Shown: positions 20,118-30,688, counted from the first letter of the stretch. The stretch is 64,000 nucleotides of DNA from an uncultured Bacteroidales bacterium (GCA_964421215.1 CAYQWA010000016.1:16530-80529), one strand, 5' to 3'. The notes: generated by a model from the letters alone, not told the origin. Numbers and translations are program-made.

Positions 20118-21215
20118 TTAATTAATTTCTCCATCCAATACTTTAACTTTCATTCCATCAGTAAGTTTACTCACACCAGCAGTGACAACAAATTGTCCCT
20201 CATTTATTCCCGCGAGGACTTCGAATCCATTATCCGTAATTTTCCCTACTTCAATTTTTTGTTTATTCACAATAGCTGTATCACCTGAAAGTCTTTTAAG
20301 AACAAAAATATAATTGCTCCCTTCTTCATGAGCTACTGATACAATTGGAACGAAAATGGCATTTTCAAGAATACCGCCGTGAATTTTGAAACTTACATCA
20401 GCCGTCATTCCAGGACGTAAAAATTCATCCGAATTGGAGATTTTTACTGTAACAGGATATGTTGAGGATTGCTGTCCTGAACTGTAAGAAACTTCTGTTA
20501 TTGTTCCTTCATAGTGTAGATCAGGTTGGGATGGAAACTGAATCTTAACTTCTTCATTTACAGATATTCTCGAAATGTAGGCTTCTGGCATTCCAACTAC
20601 CACTTCCAGGTCACTTCCGGAGTTAAATTCAACAATGGTTTGGCCTTGGGAAACATTTTCATTTCTTTCAGCAAGCACCTGTCCCACAATTCCATCCATT
20701 GGTGCATACAATTTGGTGTATGAAATCTGCTTTCGAAGTTGGTCGGTCTGTTTATCAATCTGTTTTACCTGCTCTTTAGCAGATTCATAAGTTGTTTTGG
20801 ATTGCTCGTATTCGCTTAAAGATACATTGCCGTTTTCATAAAGTGTTTCAATCCTATGATAGGATGACTTGGCAAGATCGCGCTGTGCTTTGGCACTCTT
20901 CTCAGCAGCACGCGACTGCTCATATTGTAATTCGTAATCTGTTTGATCAATGGAGGCTATAAGTTGTCCTTTGCGAACCTGTTGTCCAACCTTTACTTTT
21001 ATACTCTCAATGGTTCCGGATACTTTGAAACTAAGGTTAGATTCAATTGCAGCTTTCGACACACCGGAAAGTGTTCTTGACTGGTCCTTAGCCAGGTTTG
21101 TAACTTCCTGATACCTGACAGGTCTGATTAATTCCTGAGTTGATTGTTCTTCGTTTGAACAGGATATTAAAAGCAGAATAACTAAATATCCGAAAATATA
21201 CCTTAACTTTTTCAT
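20118..21215 (-). CDS. RND periplasmic adaptor (MFP) lipoprotein
   Basis: Lipobox LISC, LSFKVSG, lipoyl-type APMDG, LRPGM motifs. Confidence 0.93.
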   Translation of the reverse strand: MKKLRYIFGYLVILLLISCSNEEQSTQELIRPVRYQEVTNLAKDQSRTLSGVSKAAIESNLSFKVSGTIESIKVKVGQQVRKGQLIASIDQTDYELQYEQSRAAEKSAKAQRDLAKSSYHRIETLYENGNVSLSEYEQSKTTYESAKEQVKQIDKQTDQLRKQISYTKLYAPMDGIVGQVLAERNENVSQGQTIVEFNSGSDLEVVVGMPEAYISRISVNEEVKIQFPSQPDLHYEGTITEVSYSSGQQSSTYPVTVKISNSDEFLRPGMTADVSFKIHGGILENAIFVPIVSVAHEEGSNYIFVLKRLSGDTAIVNKQKIEVGKITDNGFEVLAGINEGQFVVTAGVSKLTDGMKVKVLDGEIN

Positions 21216-21224
21216 AGGAATGAA

Positions 21225-23678
21225 TTATTGTGAGTTACTATTTTGATTATCAGAAATGTATTCATCCAGCCTGTAAAAGAAATCCGAGGTTTCTTCAAGA
21301 GGATGCAAAATAAAAAATTTACCCATTGCTCGTTGAAGTGCCAGTACATCGATGAGATAGGTGTATATGGAAATTGAAGCATATGAATTTGCTTGCACCG
21401 CTGCTTGCTGTGCGTCAAGAAGTTGTGTGATTGAAACTACTCCATGTGAATATGAATCCTGAACTATGTTGTAGCTTTTCATTGCATACTCCGCTGCACT
21501 GGCTGATAGTTCTATTTTAGGGTAGGATAAACTTGCCCTTTCAAACAGGGAAACCACTTGCCGGGTAAATTTTCTTGAAATATTATAACGGTCTTCCTTC
21601 AATTTTAATAATTCTATTTCAGCTTGTTGTCTGTCAATATGTAGACGACCACCTTGTGAAATGGGAAGGGTAGCATTAACACCTATATTCCAGGAAAAAT
21701 CCTCCGGTTCGGAGAACATATCCAGAACCAGTGGAGGTTCATCAGGATCGATAGGTATTTCGATGGGATCAACTGTACTTCCTTCACCTCCACGGTAGAA
21801 ATCATAATCAGCCTGAGCTGATATACCAACATCAGGAAGGAAATGGCTTCTTTTTGCTGCTGTTAAATATCTTTCCTGGGCTGCAATCGCGGCATCCAGC
21901 TGTTTAAGTTCCGGTACATTGGATAAAGCTTCGTCTACTAAGAAATTCCTGAATAATTCTTTATTCTGCATATTATCAATATACATACTTATACTGGCAT
22001 CGCTCATTACGAATATGCTTGTATCATTAATGTCAATTGCATCAGTCGAAAACCTTTGTTCAAAAGGCCTGTTAAGCATTTCCATTAATGCATATTCTGT
22101 TAACCTGCGGGTTTCATTGGCGCTTAATAACTCTATCTTATCACTGGCGATTTTACTTTCCCATCGATAAACATCAGAAGTGCCGGAGTAACCAACACTT
22201 TCACGCATCCTGGCTATTTCGAGGTTTTTCCGTGAAGATTTAAGATTTTCCCGGGCAATGGTTTCCATGGAAATGGCTTGAAGGACATTTAAATATATTG
22301 TAGAAACATCCAGAACAATGTCCATTTCAGTGCTTTGATAACCGAATTCCATGCTTTCATACACACGCTTCTGAATCTTCAGGTTTGCAAAAGCCTTTGC
22401 AGAATATATCAACTGGGATAAAGAAGCTGTACCATAACCAGATCTTTCCGGATTTTGACCTAAAGAACTGCTTGCCCTGTATTTATCTATTAATACTCCC
22501 GAGGCACTAATGTCAAGTTGAGGCAGGAGGTTGGCTCGTGCAAGATTTATTTCTTTTGAGTCAGATTCAAGTTCAAGGCTGGCAACTTTTAAATCCAGGT
22601 TTTTTTCAATTGCCTCATAAATAACGTCTTTGAAACGTAAAACTTCAAGATTTACCGACTCGTTTTCAAACAATACTTCAGCTTCTGACAATATGTCCCA
22701 GTTAGGATAAAAATTTATCTGGTTCATCGTTCTCTGATTGAGGACCAGTGATTGGGTATATTTTACAATAACGGGTATATTTTTAGGATTTTTTTCATCC
22801 AGTATTTTTTCAATATTAAGTGCCGTTCTGCGACTTATTCTTTGACCTACTTGTTCAGACGATACAGAAGCCATTGCACCTAGTTTTACGTATTCTTGAC
22901 CACCTAAGGCAAATGAAGGCAATCTTTTTGCATTTATGGATTTATAAATGTTTCTAATCTGATCTTCTGAAAAATCAAAAAACAACCCGGTATAAACAGC
23001 GTCAATTCCTTCAGGTATTGAACTTTCAAAAGACATACTATCTATACTTACCGGTATAATTTTGTATTCAAATCCCATGTCCTTGATTAAGTTATCGAAA
23101 TAATACCTTGCCGATTTGTCCTTTGGAATAGAGTTCAGGATATTCTTCGAAAACATGATACCCAGATTTTTGAATTGTATTATAGAGCTGAAAACCTCCA
23201 TATCACGTTTGGGTGAAAAAGGAAGTGTTATATAGTTAAAATTGTCCACCCCTGAAGTTTGATCACTGGTTAAGGGAATTTCCTGGAACCTTGGATTAAT
23301 GATCCCAATTGCTATGGTGGGTTTACTGAGATCCCCTCTTCTGGAGATATTCACAGCTACAATCGTCCCGATTCCAATAATAATGTCAACTTCCGGGTCA
23401 ATTAATAACCTGTCAATTTCGATTGTTGCAATCGAATCATTAAAATTTGCTAAAACTCTTTTATTTGTTGGAAAAGTAAGATCTTTAAACTTTGATGAAA
23501 CGAGTACCTCTATTTCTTTTTTAATAGATTTTTCAAGCTCATAAAAGGCCTGATTCTCCCCATCCAGAATGAAACCTATTCTAACAGGTTCTTTATCATC
23601 GAATTTCTGCCCATATGATTTAAAGCAGAAGTTGATTAAAAAAAATGTTGCTATGAATGAATATAGAATGGTTTTCAT
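21225..23678 (-). CDS. TolC-family outer membrane factor with an N-terminal solute-binding-protein-like domain
   Basis: C-terminal ~480 aa OEP repeats (ANLLPQLD, SHFLPDV, TQLLDAQ). N-terminal ~330 aa resembles ABC_sub_bind (DAVY...RLPSF...GAMAS...LVLNQRT). Promoter TAATTTTG at 23706-23713 (-). Confidence 0.85.
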   Translation of the reverse strand: MKTILYSFIATFFLINFCFKSYGQKFDDKEPVRIGFILDGENQAFYELEKSIKKEIEVLVSSKFKDLTFPTNKRVLANFNDSIATIEIDRLLIDPEVDIIIGIGTIVAVNISRRGDLSKPTIAIGIINPRFQEIPLTSDQTSGVDNFNYITLPFSPKRDMEVFSSIIQFKNLGIMFSKNILNSIPKDKSARYYFDNLIKDMGFEYKIIPVSIDSMSFESSIPEGIDAVYTGLFFDFSEDQIRNIYKSINAKRLPSFALGGQEYVKLGAMASVSSEQVGQRISRRTALNIEKILDEKNPKNIPVIVKYTQSLVLNQRTMNQINFYPNWDILSEAEVLFENESVNLEVLRFKDVIYEAIEKNLDLKVASLELESDSKEINLARANLLPQLDISASGVLIDKYRASSSLGQNPERSGYGTASLSQLIYSAKAFANLKIQKRVYESMEFGYQSTEMDIVLDVSTIYLNVLQAISMETIARENLKSSRKNLEIARMRESVGYSGTSDVYRWESKIASDKIELLSANETRRLTEYALMEMLNRPFEQRFSTDAIDINDTSIFVMSDASISMYIDNMQNKELFRNFLVDEALSNVPELKQLDAAIAAQERYLTAAKRSHFLPDVGISAQADYDFYRGGEGSTVDPIEIPIDPDEPPLVLDMFSEPEDFSWNIGVNATLPISQGGRLHIDRQQAEIELLKLKEDRYNISRKFTRQVVSLFERASLSYPKIELSASAAEYAMKSYNIVQDSYSHGVVSITQLLDAQQAAVQANSYASISIYTYLIDVLALQRAMGKFFILHPLEETSDFFYRLDEYISDNQNSNSQ

Positions 23679-23790
23679 AGAAGTATATTTTGGTAAGCCT
23701 TAAAACAAAATTAGTAAATAAAAGTATCGATTTGGTACATATATGATAGCATTAAAATACACAAAGGACCATTTTATTACAGAGAAGAGT

Positions 23791-25638
23791 CTAATCTTTA
23801 ACACACCGAACACTATACCCCCTGAACTTTGCACTAAAAAACAGACCGGCGGTAGGAAGACCGTAATTTAGTTTCATGAGCCAGGCATAACCAGGATAAT
23901 CTTCGGTTGTGGACCAGATATAGGTGAACAAATAAAGGTCGTCAAAGTGGTAAATGCCCATACAGCCTCCGGGAAGTGCATTAAATCCGGATTCGTTGGT
24001 GCCGCTTCCTCCGCTGCTCCATCCCCAGGTGGATTTTAGCTTGGTGCCACCATCGGTTCCATTATAGCCTGTTATGTTACAATCGAAGGTAGAGTCAACA
24101 GTCTGGGCCAGGATACACCACTCGCCGTAGCTTGGGATATGCCAGCCTTCCGGACAAATACCCTGGACACCGCTGGGGACTGAGCTGCTTCCTGATTCAC
24201 CCTGCATAATGGTGTTCCAGTCATATAGCCTGCCATAAACATCACAATAGGAAGAACTGTTGTAGTAACACCAGTTAACACCCGTATTGTAGTTTAGGTT
24301 TTCTGCCATCCAGCACTGGTTTCCGATTTTAACCGATTCGTAATTTTGTCCGTCACGGGGATCAATAAAATCAGTGCCACAAGGAAAGGGGAGGTGAGTC
24401 GTATCAGGTATCCAATGTGAACTACCTGAATTAATTTCCCATATTTTATCGAGGTCAAACTGGTCCACAGTTCCATCCATGTTAAAATCACCTGAATAGT
24501 AACCTGAATTTCCTTGTTGTTCCATCCAGACTTCATACTTGTCACCATTGTTGATCTGGCCGTCAACGTTACCGTCTCCACCCATAATGACCCATTTATC
24601 TCCACTGATCTGCTTCATGGCGTATTTCCCATAAATGGCAGATTTATACCCGCTTGTAAAGTCATAAACAGGAACTTCTTCATCAAATCTAATCATCTGT
24701 GAAGACATTACTGAAAAATGATTTCTGTGGTGAATCCAGAGGTGTAAACTATCTTCCTCCGGCAAGCTAAATACCAAAGAGCTGCTTCCGTTCATTCCCG
24801 TGACTCTTCCGTCTTGCAGTAAAAAACCTGCCTGCCTTAATGCGAGGGTGTATTCGGGTTGAGCTCCGGTTTCCTTCTTCCAGAGCTCCACGAGTACCCA
24901 GTCTGTTATGTCGGTATCCGGGATCTGCTCTACACTTTCAGGACCATTGTAATACCATGGATCACCGGAAAATGGTTGTTCCAAAGGAAGGTAGTTCTGG
25001 GTGTTGAGATGGTTCGACATTTGTCCTTCTACCATTGCACCTTCAAGTAGTAATGTCAGTTCTAATCCACGCGGATTATACAATCGAAAATCATCGAAAT
25101 ACCAGAAATCTAAATTCCAGAGATTGCCCTGAACATACGCACAAATTTGAAAGTCGGATTGCCCGACATCATCATTTGATATTTCCAGGTCAATGGTCTC
25201 TGGTCCTATGTTCCCCTGGGGGAGTATCTCCCAGACGCTTGTCCAATCATTATTCCCGGATCGTGTTGCAATTCCAACGGCCGGTCCTTCACCGTCATAA
25301 TCATCGTATAAATGTTTAAACTGAAAATTGACAGTTTCGATATTTGACAGATCAACAGTAGGAGAGATCAATCTGGTGGTTACAATACTGTCGGTCCAAC
25401 CTAGGCTGCCTTCAGGTTCGGATCCTCCTGCATTGGACGTATTACTGGAAGTCCACTGAGCAGGCAAAATGTCTATGGTCCAGCCGGGTGGAGGCATTTC
25501 TCCTGAACTGAAATCCTCGTCAAGGAAAGTTTGGGCAACAGCATGATATGAAATGAAAAATGAACATAGAAAAAGTAAAATATCCCATCTTCTGAAGACA
25601 GATCTACTACTTCTATATTTCAGAGTATTGATTGACAC
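23791..25638 (-). CDS. Secreted FISUMP (Fib_succ_major) domain protein with an N-terminal adhesin-like domain and a central dockerin-like module
   Basis: DPRDGQNY..VKIGNQCWMAENLN, YGRLYDW, GICPEGWHIPS and GYSVRCVKD motifs. Confidence 0.88.
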   Translation of the reverse strand: MSINTLKYRSSRSVFRRWDILLFLCSFFISYHAVAQTFLDEDFSSGEMPPPGWTIDILPAQWTSSNTSNAGGSEPEGSLGWTDSIVTTRLISPTVDLSNIETVNFQFKHLYDDYDGEGPAVGIATRSGNNDWTSVWEILPQGNIGPETIDLEISNDDVGQSDFQICAYVQGNLWNLDFWYFDDFRLYNPRGLELTLLLEGAMVEGQMSNHLNTQNYLPLEQPFSGDPWYYNGPESVEQIPDTDITDWVLVELWKKETGAQPEYTLALRQAGFLLQDGRVTGMNGSSSLVFSLPEEDSLHLWIHHRNHFSVMSSQMIRFDEEVPVYDFTSGYKSAIYGKYAMKQISGDKWVIMGGDGNVDGQINNGDKYEVWMEQQGNSGYYSGDFNMDGTVDQFDLDKIWEINSGSSHWIPDTTHLPFPCGTDFIDPRDGQNYESVKIGNQCWMAENLNYNTGVNWCYYNSSSYCDVYGRLYDWNTIMQGESGSSSVPSGVQGICPEGWHIPSYGEWCILAQTVDSTFDCNITGYNGTDGGTKLKSTWGWSSGGSGTNESGFNALPGGCMGIYHFDDLYLFTYIWSTTEDYPGYAWLMKLNYGLPTAGLFFSAKFRGYSVRCVKD

Positions 25639-25690
25639 TCTGTAAAGTTACTATTTATCTTTGAATAAGAAAATGGTGGAAATAAAAGAT

Positions 25691-26419
25691 TTATTTCGAC
25701 TTTAACAGGTAATAAAAGAAAACAGGTATCCCAATGAAGTACCTTTTAAAAAGTCTTGCTGGTTCCTGCAATAACCGGAACAGCCACTCGATACCGGCTT
25801 TCTGCATCCAAAGAGGAGCACGGTAAACCTTGCCGGAAATAAAATCCAAAACCGCACCCGCAGCTATACTGATCTTAACGTTGGTTAGTTTATCCTGGTT
25901 TTTTATCAGCCACATCTCCTGTCGTGGAACACCCATACCAACAATTAATAGTTCTGTTCCCTTTTTTATGATATCATCTAAAATTTCCTGGTCATCATCA
26001 AAATCAAAAAAACCATTTCTGTAACCTACAATGGAAATTCCCGGAAACCTTTCTTCAAGCTGTGCTTTGGCTTTAAAAGCAATATCACCTTCACTTCCAA
26101 GCAGGTAAACCTTGATTTTTTTGTCGCGGGACCAGGCCATGATTTTGGGTACAAGGTCGGTCCCGTTCATGTTTTCCTTCAGGTTGATCCCCTTTATCAA
26201 GGCCCCAATTTTTATTCCTATTCCATCATTTAGGAGAACATCGCAACTGTTAAGTGCATTTTTGTAGTCTGTATTTTTTTGTGCAATGTTAAAACAATGG
26301 GCGTTGATAAAGAAAACCAGCTTGTTTGAATTTTCTGTTACAAAATCTGAACAGGCATTCAGAAATTCCTCTGTATCGGGAAGGCTTAATTTAATACCGT
26401 AATAATCTACTTTTTCCAT
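25691..26419 (-). CDS. WecB/TagA/CpsF glycosyltransferase
   Basis: NAH, DGIG, GTDL, VGMGVPRQE, RAPLW and EPARL motifs. Confidence 0.93.
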   Translation of the reverse strand: MEKVDYYGIKLSLPDTEEFLNACSDFVTENSNKLVFFINAHCFNIAQKNTDYKNALNSCDVLLNDGIGIKIGALIKGINLKENMNGTDLVPKIMAWSRDKKIKVYLLGSEGDIAFKAKAQLEERFPGISIVGYRNGFFDFDDDQEILDDIIKKGTELLIVGMGVPRQEMWLIKNQDKLTNVKISIAAGAVLDFISGKVYRAPLWMQKAGIEWLFRLLQEPARLFKRYFIGIPVFFYYLLKSK

Positions 26420-26463
26420 TTAGCGTTTAAGGATATGTAATTATTAAAGGATCAGTTATTGAA

Positions 26464-27333
26464 TCAACTAAATATAGACTTTATGTGACGTTTAAGATAG
26501 GTAGCTTGTTTTTTTCTCAAAAACTTTCTCATTTCTTTATCGAACAGTCTTTCTTCATTTTTAAGAAAAGCAAAGACATATCCTCCAATTATTCCAAGAC
26601 CACCAATAACATAAGGCCTTTCTGGGATTCTGTATAATCCTTTTATAATGGCATAAAACACATTGTAACCGTACCTGAACAGGAACCTGCCTAATAAGAA
26701 TTTTCCTTCTGTGATACCGCTTCTTCGGGAGCCTGATTCCCTGTAATGTAAAATTTTATAGTCATCAAAACAATGGGTTTCCCATCCTTTCATTTGAGCC
26801 GACAATAAATCAGCAAGATCCCAGCCGGGGATAGGTTTTAATCCGCCAATTTCATCAAAACAGGTTTTACGGTATACTTTTGATGCTCCCCAGGGATGGT
26901 CGGACTGGGACTTTTCTTTGATCAGTTCCTCGCCGGTATTTAAAAATACTGCACCGCTTGCAATTCCAAGTTTATCGTTTTTCTGAAACTCTTTTATCAG
27001 GTTTTCGAAATAATCTTCTTCAACCGTAATATCACAGTCCAGTTTTACCAAAAATTCCCATCCGTTTTGGGTTATGTTTTCAAGGCCTTTTTTAACAACA
27101 TTTACAACTCCGGTCCCTGGGTAATAGTATCCCCTGTCTTCAATGGATACAAGTTTTATCCATTTGTGTTGATCGGTATATTTTTTAACGATTTCTGCAG
27201 TTTTATCAGTGGACCCGTCGTTAACAATGATCCATTCTACCGGCCTTTTGGTCTGTTTCAATACAGCTTGAATCGTCTGCTCCACAAGATCTTCCTCGTT
27301 TCTGACCGACGATATTATTAAATATTCTGACAT
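26464..27333 (-). CDS. GT2 family glycosyltransferase
   Basis: RNEE, VNDGSTD and LDCD motifs; promoter TATCTTTG at 27459-27466 (-). Confidence 0.92.
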   Translation of the reverse strand: MSEYLIISSVRNEEDLVEQTIQAVLKQTKRPVEWIIVNDGSTDKTAEIVKKYTDQHKWIKLVSIEDRGYYYPGTGVVNVVKKGLENITQNGWEFLVKLDCDITVEEDYFENLIKEFQKNDKLGIASGAVFLNTGEELIKEKSQSDHPWGASKVYRKTCFDEIGGLKPIPGWDLADLLSAQMKGWETHCFDDYKILHYRESGSRRSGITEGKFLLGRFLFRYGYNVFYAIIKGLYRIPERPYVIGGLGIIGGYVFAFLKNEERLFDKEMRKFLRKKQATYLKRHIKSIFS

Positions 27334-27615
27334 TATTTCTTTACCTCAATATGGTTATGTAGGTTTATACTAAACTGTAGTGAAAAAGTTTTATAATCCT
27401 GTCTTTAATGTATTCTGTAAGAAACACACCAGCTTAAGATATGTTTAAGATTTTAATACAAAGATATTACATTCCGAAACTGTAACGGATTGCCTTAAAG
27501 ATAAAAATATGCAATTTATCATACATTACCAGGGCATAATTAGCGGACAGCATGAGTTGTATGGAATTTGCATGTGCCAGAAGAATAGGTGATGGAATTA
27601 TTATTTTTACAAAAA

Positions 27616-27688
27616 CTAGTTGTTTCCAGCCATTTTTTAAAATAGCTGAAAACAGCGATGCATTTTGATTAATAAGTATGTAATTTTG
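27616..27688 (+). promoter_or_regulatory. Promoter with upstream bipartite inverted-repeat operator (copy 1)
   Basis: CTAGTTGTTTCCAGC-N14-GCTGAAAACAGCGATG-N20-TAATTTTG; near-identical architecture at 36295-36367. Confidence 0.65.
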
Positions 27689-27795
27689 TGGAAAGTGGTT
27701 ATTTGTTTAATTTATTTTCCTATGGTAGTTTTTTAATAACATCATGATTGTGTTGTACCATGAGGAATTTGGAAATGTAATTAAAACTAAATCCC

Positions 27796-28353
27796 ATGAC
27801 TGAGGTTTCAAGTGAGTTTTTGAAGATTACTGATATTGTTGCCAATATAGCCACAGTTACGGGTATAATTGTCATAATAGTTGGTTTATTTTCTTATATT
27901 ATTGAGAAGAAAAATTTAAACTTCACTGCTGTACAGCATTGCATTAAAGTATACAAAGAAAACTATCAAAACATCGGAGTAAACGACATTGACAAGATCA
28001 AACAATACACCTCCTTTATCAATGAAGAACTTTTTTATTTTGAGAAGAAGTACCTTCCATATTCCATTGCTGATGAATGGTTAGACGGTTTGATCGATTT
28101 TGTTCCTGTTTTTAATTCTTCCGGAACATTCGTAAACGAGATGAAAGCCTTGCCAAATGTTGTTCATGAAGTGATGGACGGAAAAATGCCGTCCCGCATA
28201 AGAAGAATTTTCACCATACGGGGTGATTATAATGTGCAACTGATCTATTCCAGAAATCACAATGATTCAAAAGCTAAAACAATTGCTAGGAAAGGGTTGG
28301 TGAAAGAAATTAAGCATAACCTGGGATACCGGTGGTGGAAACGATTTCTGTAG
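27796..28353 (+). CDS. Hypothetical protein with an N-terminal TM helix
   Basis: 185 aa ORF with an A-rich translation start context (aaaactaaatcccATG) and an upstream promoter; no recognised motif. Confidence 0.7.
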   Translation: MTEVSSEFLKITDIVANIATVTGIIVIIVGLFSYIIEKKNLNFTAVQHCIKVYKENYQNIGVNDIDKIKQYTSFINEELFYFEKKYLPYSIADEWLDGLIDFVPVFNSSGTFVNEMKALPNVVHEVMDGKMPSRIRRIFTIRGDYNVQLIYSRNHNDSKAKTIARKGLVKEIKHNLGYRWWKRFL

Positions 28354-28577
28354 TTACAATTCTTAATATCTGAAGGCTTGATTTATAATGGATGGTATCT
28401 TCCCTTGTTTCCAGCATTTGCTCTTCACTAAACTCAATTATCCCTTTCATTCGGTGCCATGCAAAATCTTAAAAAGTTGCTCCAATGCATATATTTCAAA
28501 CAAATTTTGTTAATCAAGCGTTAATAATATGTCCGATTTTTTTTATTTTAGTACAAATTATTTTCACAAGCTAAATT

Positions 28578-29654
28578 ATGGCCATCGAAAGCACATCCAG
28601 TTATAAACTATTTGATGATCCATTAAAGTATTACAATGCGATGCTGGATGACATTGGCCTTGCTAAGAAATACATTTATCTTGAGACCTACCGTTTCAAC
28701 AACGACCTGATCGGGGTTAAATTCCGGGATGCACTTACCAAAAAAAGCAATGAAGGTGTTGAGATAAAATTGTTAATGGATTCATGGGGAACCAGCCTTC
28801 CCAAAAATTTTTTTAGCGAGATTGAAAACAATGGGGGTGAGGTGAGGTATTTTCAAAAGTTGCGGATCGTTTGGGATTTTTTTACCCGAAATCATAAAAG
28901 AAATCACCGGAAGTTGATAGTTATCGATGATGTGATCAGTTACATCGGATCAGCAAACCTGACTGATTATTCGTTGAACTGGCGCGAATCGATCCTCAGA
29001 ATGAGATCTGATATTTCCCAGGTGTTTAAAAGAGTATTTCTCCAGCATTTTGAGATGTTTAACAAGTACCGTTTCGAAAAGATGATCCGGATAAGAAAAA
29101 TTACACACGGCAACTGTGAAATAATCCGTGATATACCATCCCTGACCAAGCAGAGGATTAGAAAAAGGTACATCCAATTAATTAAAACTGCTACAAAGGA
29201 AGTGGTTATTGAAACACCTTATTTCCTCCCGAGTTTTTATATCCGTAAAGCCTTGTCAGATGCTGCCAGAAGGGGAGTGGATGTAAAAGTGATCATGCCA
29301 AAAAACAGCGATGTTGGTCTGGTGGATGTGCTAAGAAACCGTTTCCTTGGACCACTTCATAAAGCCGGCATCCAACAATTGTTTTATATGCCTCATAACC
29401 TGCATGCTAAAATGATGATGGTTGATAAAGAAGTATTTTCCATCGGATCACCAAATTTTGACTACAGAAGTTTCCGCTTTCAGCATGAAATAGTTATTGT
29501 TGGCAAGGAAAACCAAATACTTGAACAGATACAGCAACACATAGCTGAAACCATAAAAAACAGTGAAGCATTTAATTATGAATCCTGGCTAAATCGTCCG
29601 TTTATTCAGAAATTTTTCGAATGGTTAATCCTGCCTTTCAGGCATCTTTTGTAA
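28578..29654 (+). CDS. Cardiolipin synthase / phospholipase D family (ClsB-like)
   Basis: Two HKD motifs: HRKLIVID and HAKMMMVD. Confidence 0.92.
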   Translation: MAIESTSSYKLFDDPLKYYNAMLDDIGLAKKYIYLETYRFNNDLIGVKFRDALTKKSNEGVEIKLLMDSWGTSLPKNFFSEIENNGGEVRYFQKLRIVWDFFTRNHKRNHRKLIVIDDVISYIGSANLTDYSLNWRESILRMRSDISQVFKRVFLQHFEMFNKYRFEKMIRIRKITHGNCEIIRDIPSLTKQRIRKRYIQLIKTATKEVVIETPYFLPSFYIRKALSDAARRGVDVKVIMPKNSDVGLVDVLRNRFLGPLHKAGIQQLFYMPHNLHAKMMMVDKEVFSIGSPNFDYRSFRFQHEIVIVGKENQILEQIQQHIAETIKNSEAFNYESWLNRPFIQKFFEWLILPFRHLL

Positions 29655-30585
29655 GTTGGTCCAGCTTTTCGAATACTTCAGGAAGTTTTCTGATCAAGGC
29701 AAGTTCTTTCCATTTTTCCCTTGCTTCAACTGCAGGAGCACCAAAATAGGTTTTTCCGCCTTCCAGGTTTTTGCCAACTGCTGACGTCCCAAGCAATACA
29801 GCTCCTTTGCCGATTACCAGGTCCTTGTTGATGGCTACTTGACCCCAAAGGATCACATCATCTTCAATCCGAGTTACACCTGCAATTAAAACTGCGGAAG
29901 CAAATAAACAACGTTTGCCTACATAGGTATCATGGCCTATCTGGATATGGTTGTCGAATTTGGTGTATTCGTCAATAATAGTATCACCCGAAACACCTTT
30001 ATCTATAGTACAACAGGCTCCGATTTCCACATTATCTTTAATAATTACTCTACCGCAGGATTCGAACTTTACCGTTTCCTTTTCTCTTTTTTGAAAATAA
30101 AAAGCATCTGCTCCTATTACGGTTCCGGAATGAACAGTCACATTGTCCCCCAGTATGCAATGGTCATAAATACTGGCATTTGCATGTACAATACAGTTTT
30201 TCCCAATGGTGACATTGTTTCCTACGAAAGCGCCTGGTTGAATAATAGTTCCTTCCCCAATATTAGCAGACTCGCTAACCATATTAACGGCTGCCACAAA
30301 AGGTCTGAATCTTTTTACCAGCTTCATGTAATCATCAAATGGCGATTCAGAAAAGAGGAGTGCCTTCCCTGAAGGGCAGTTCACCTTTTTATTGATGAGG
30401 ATGGTAGTAGCGTTTGAATTTAAAGCCTTATTGTAATATTTGGGATGATCCACAAACGTGAGGTCTCCGGGTTCAACCATATGGATCTCATTGATCCCGT
30501 TTACCTCAAATTCAGGATCTCCGATCATTTCAGCCTGGATGATCTGTGCAATCTCTTTAAGCGAATGCGGTCTGTAAAGTTTCAT
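29638..30585 (-). CDS. lpxD: UDP-3-O-(3-hydroxyacyl)glucosamine N-acyltransferase paralog (LpxD2)
   Basis: LpxD N-domain, hexapeptide repeats, DNHIQIGHD catalytic His. Confidence 0.85.
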   Translation of the reverse strand: MKLYRPHSLKEIAQIIQAEMIGDPEFEVNGINEIHMVEPGDLTFVDHPKYYNKALNSNATTILINKKVNCPSGKALLFSESPFDDYMKLVKRFRPFVAAVNMVSESANIGEGTIIQPGAFVGNNVTIGKNCIVHANASIYDHCILGDNVTVHSGTVIGADAFYFQKREKETVKFESCGRVIIKDNVEIGACCTIDKGVSGDTIIDEYTKFDNHIQIGHDTYVGKRCLFASAVLIAGVTRIEDDVILWGQVAINKDLVIGKGAVLLGTSAVGKNLEGGKTYFGAPAVEAREKWKELALIRKLPEVFEKLDQLTKDA

Positions 30586-30600
30586 CCTTAAGAACTATGG

Positions 30601-30688
30601 AAATTTATATTTTGAATGATGAATTATAATTGAACTTTTTAAGAAATAATTCAATTCGTATTTCGTAAATCGTATTTCGTAAATCAAC
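30601..30688. repeat. Heptamer-repeat palindromic element (TCGTAAA/TCGTATT)
   Basis: ...attcgtatttcgtaaatcgtatttcgtaaatcaac, with the same terminal TCGTAAATCAAC as the element at 10884-10976. Confidence 0.6.

Noticed and set aside
11053-28400. Genomic island integrated at tRNA-Arg
   Set aside because: Accessory-looking genes follow the tRNA, but I saw no integrase, transposase or duplicated tRNA 3' end
28405-28415. Third copy of the shared operator (TTGTTTCCAGC)
   Set aside because: Half-site only; no second arm 14 nt away and no -7 box at the expected distance
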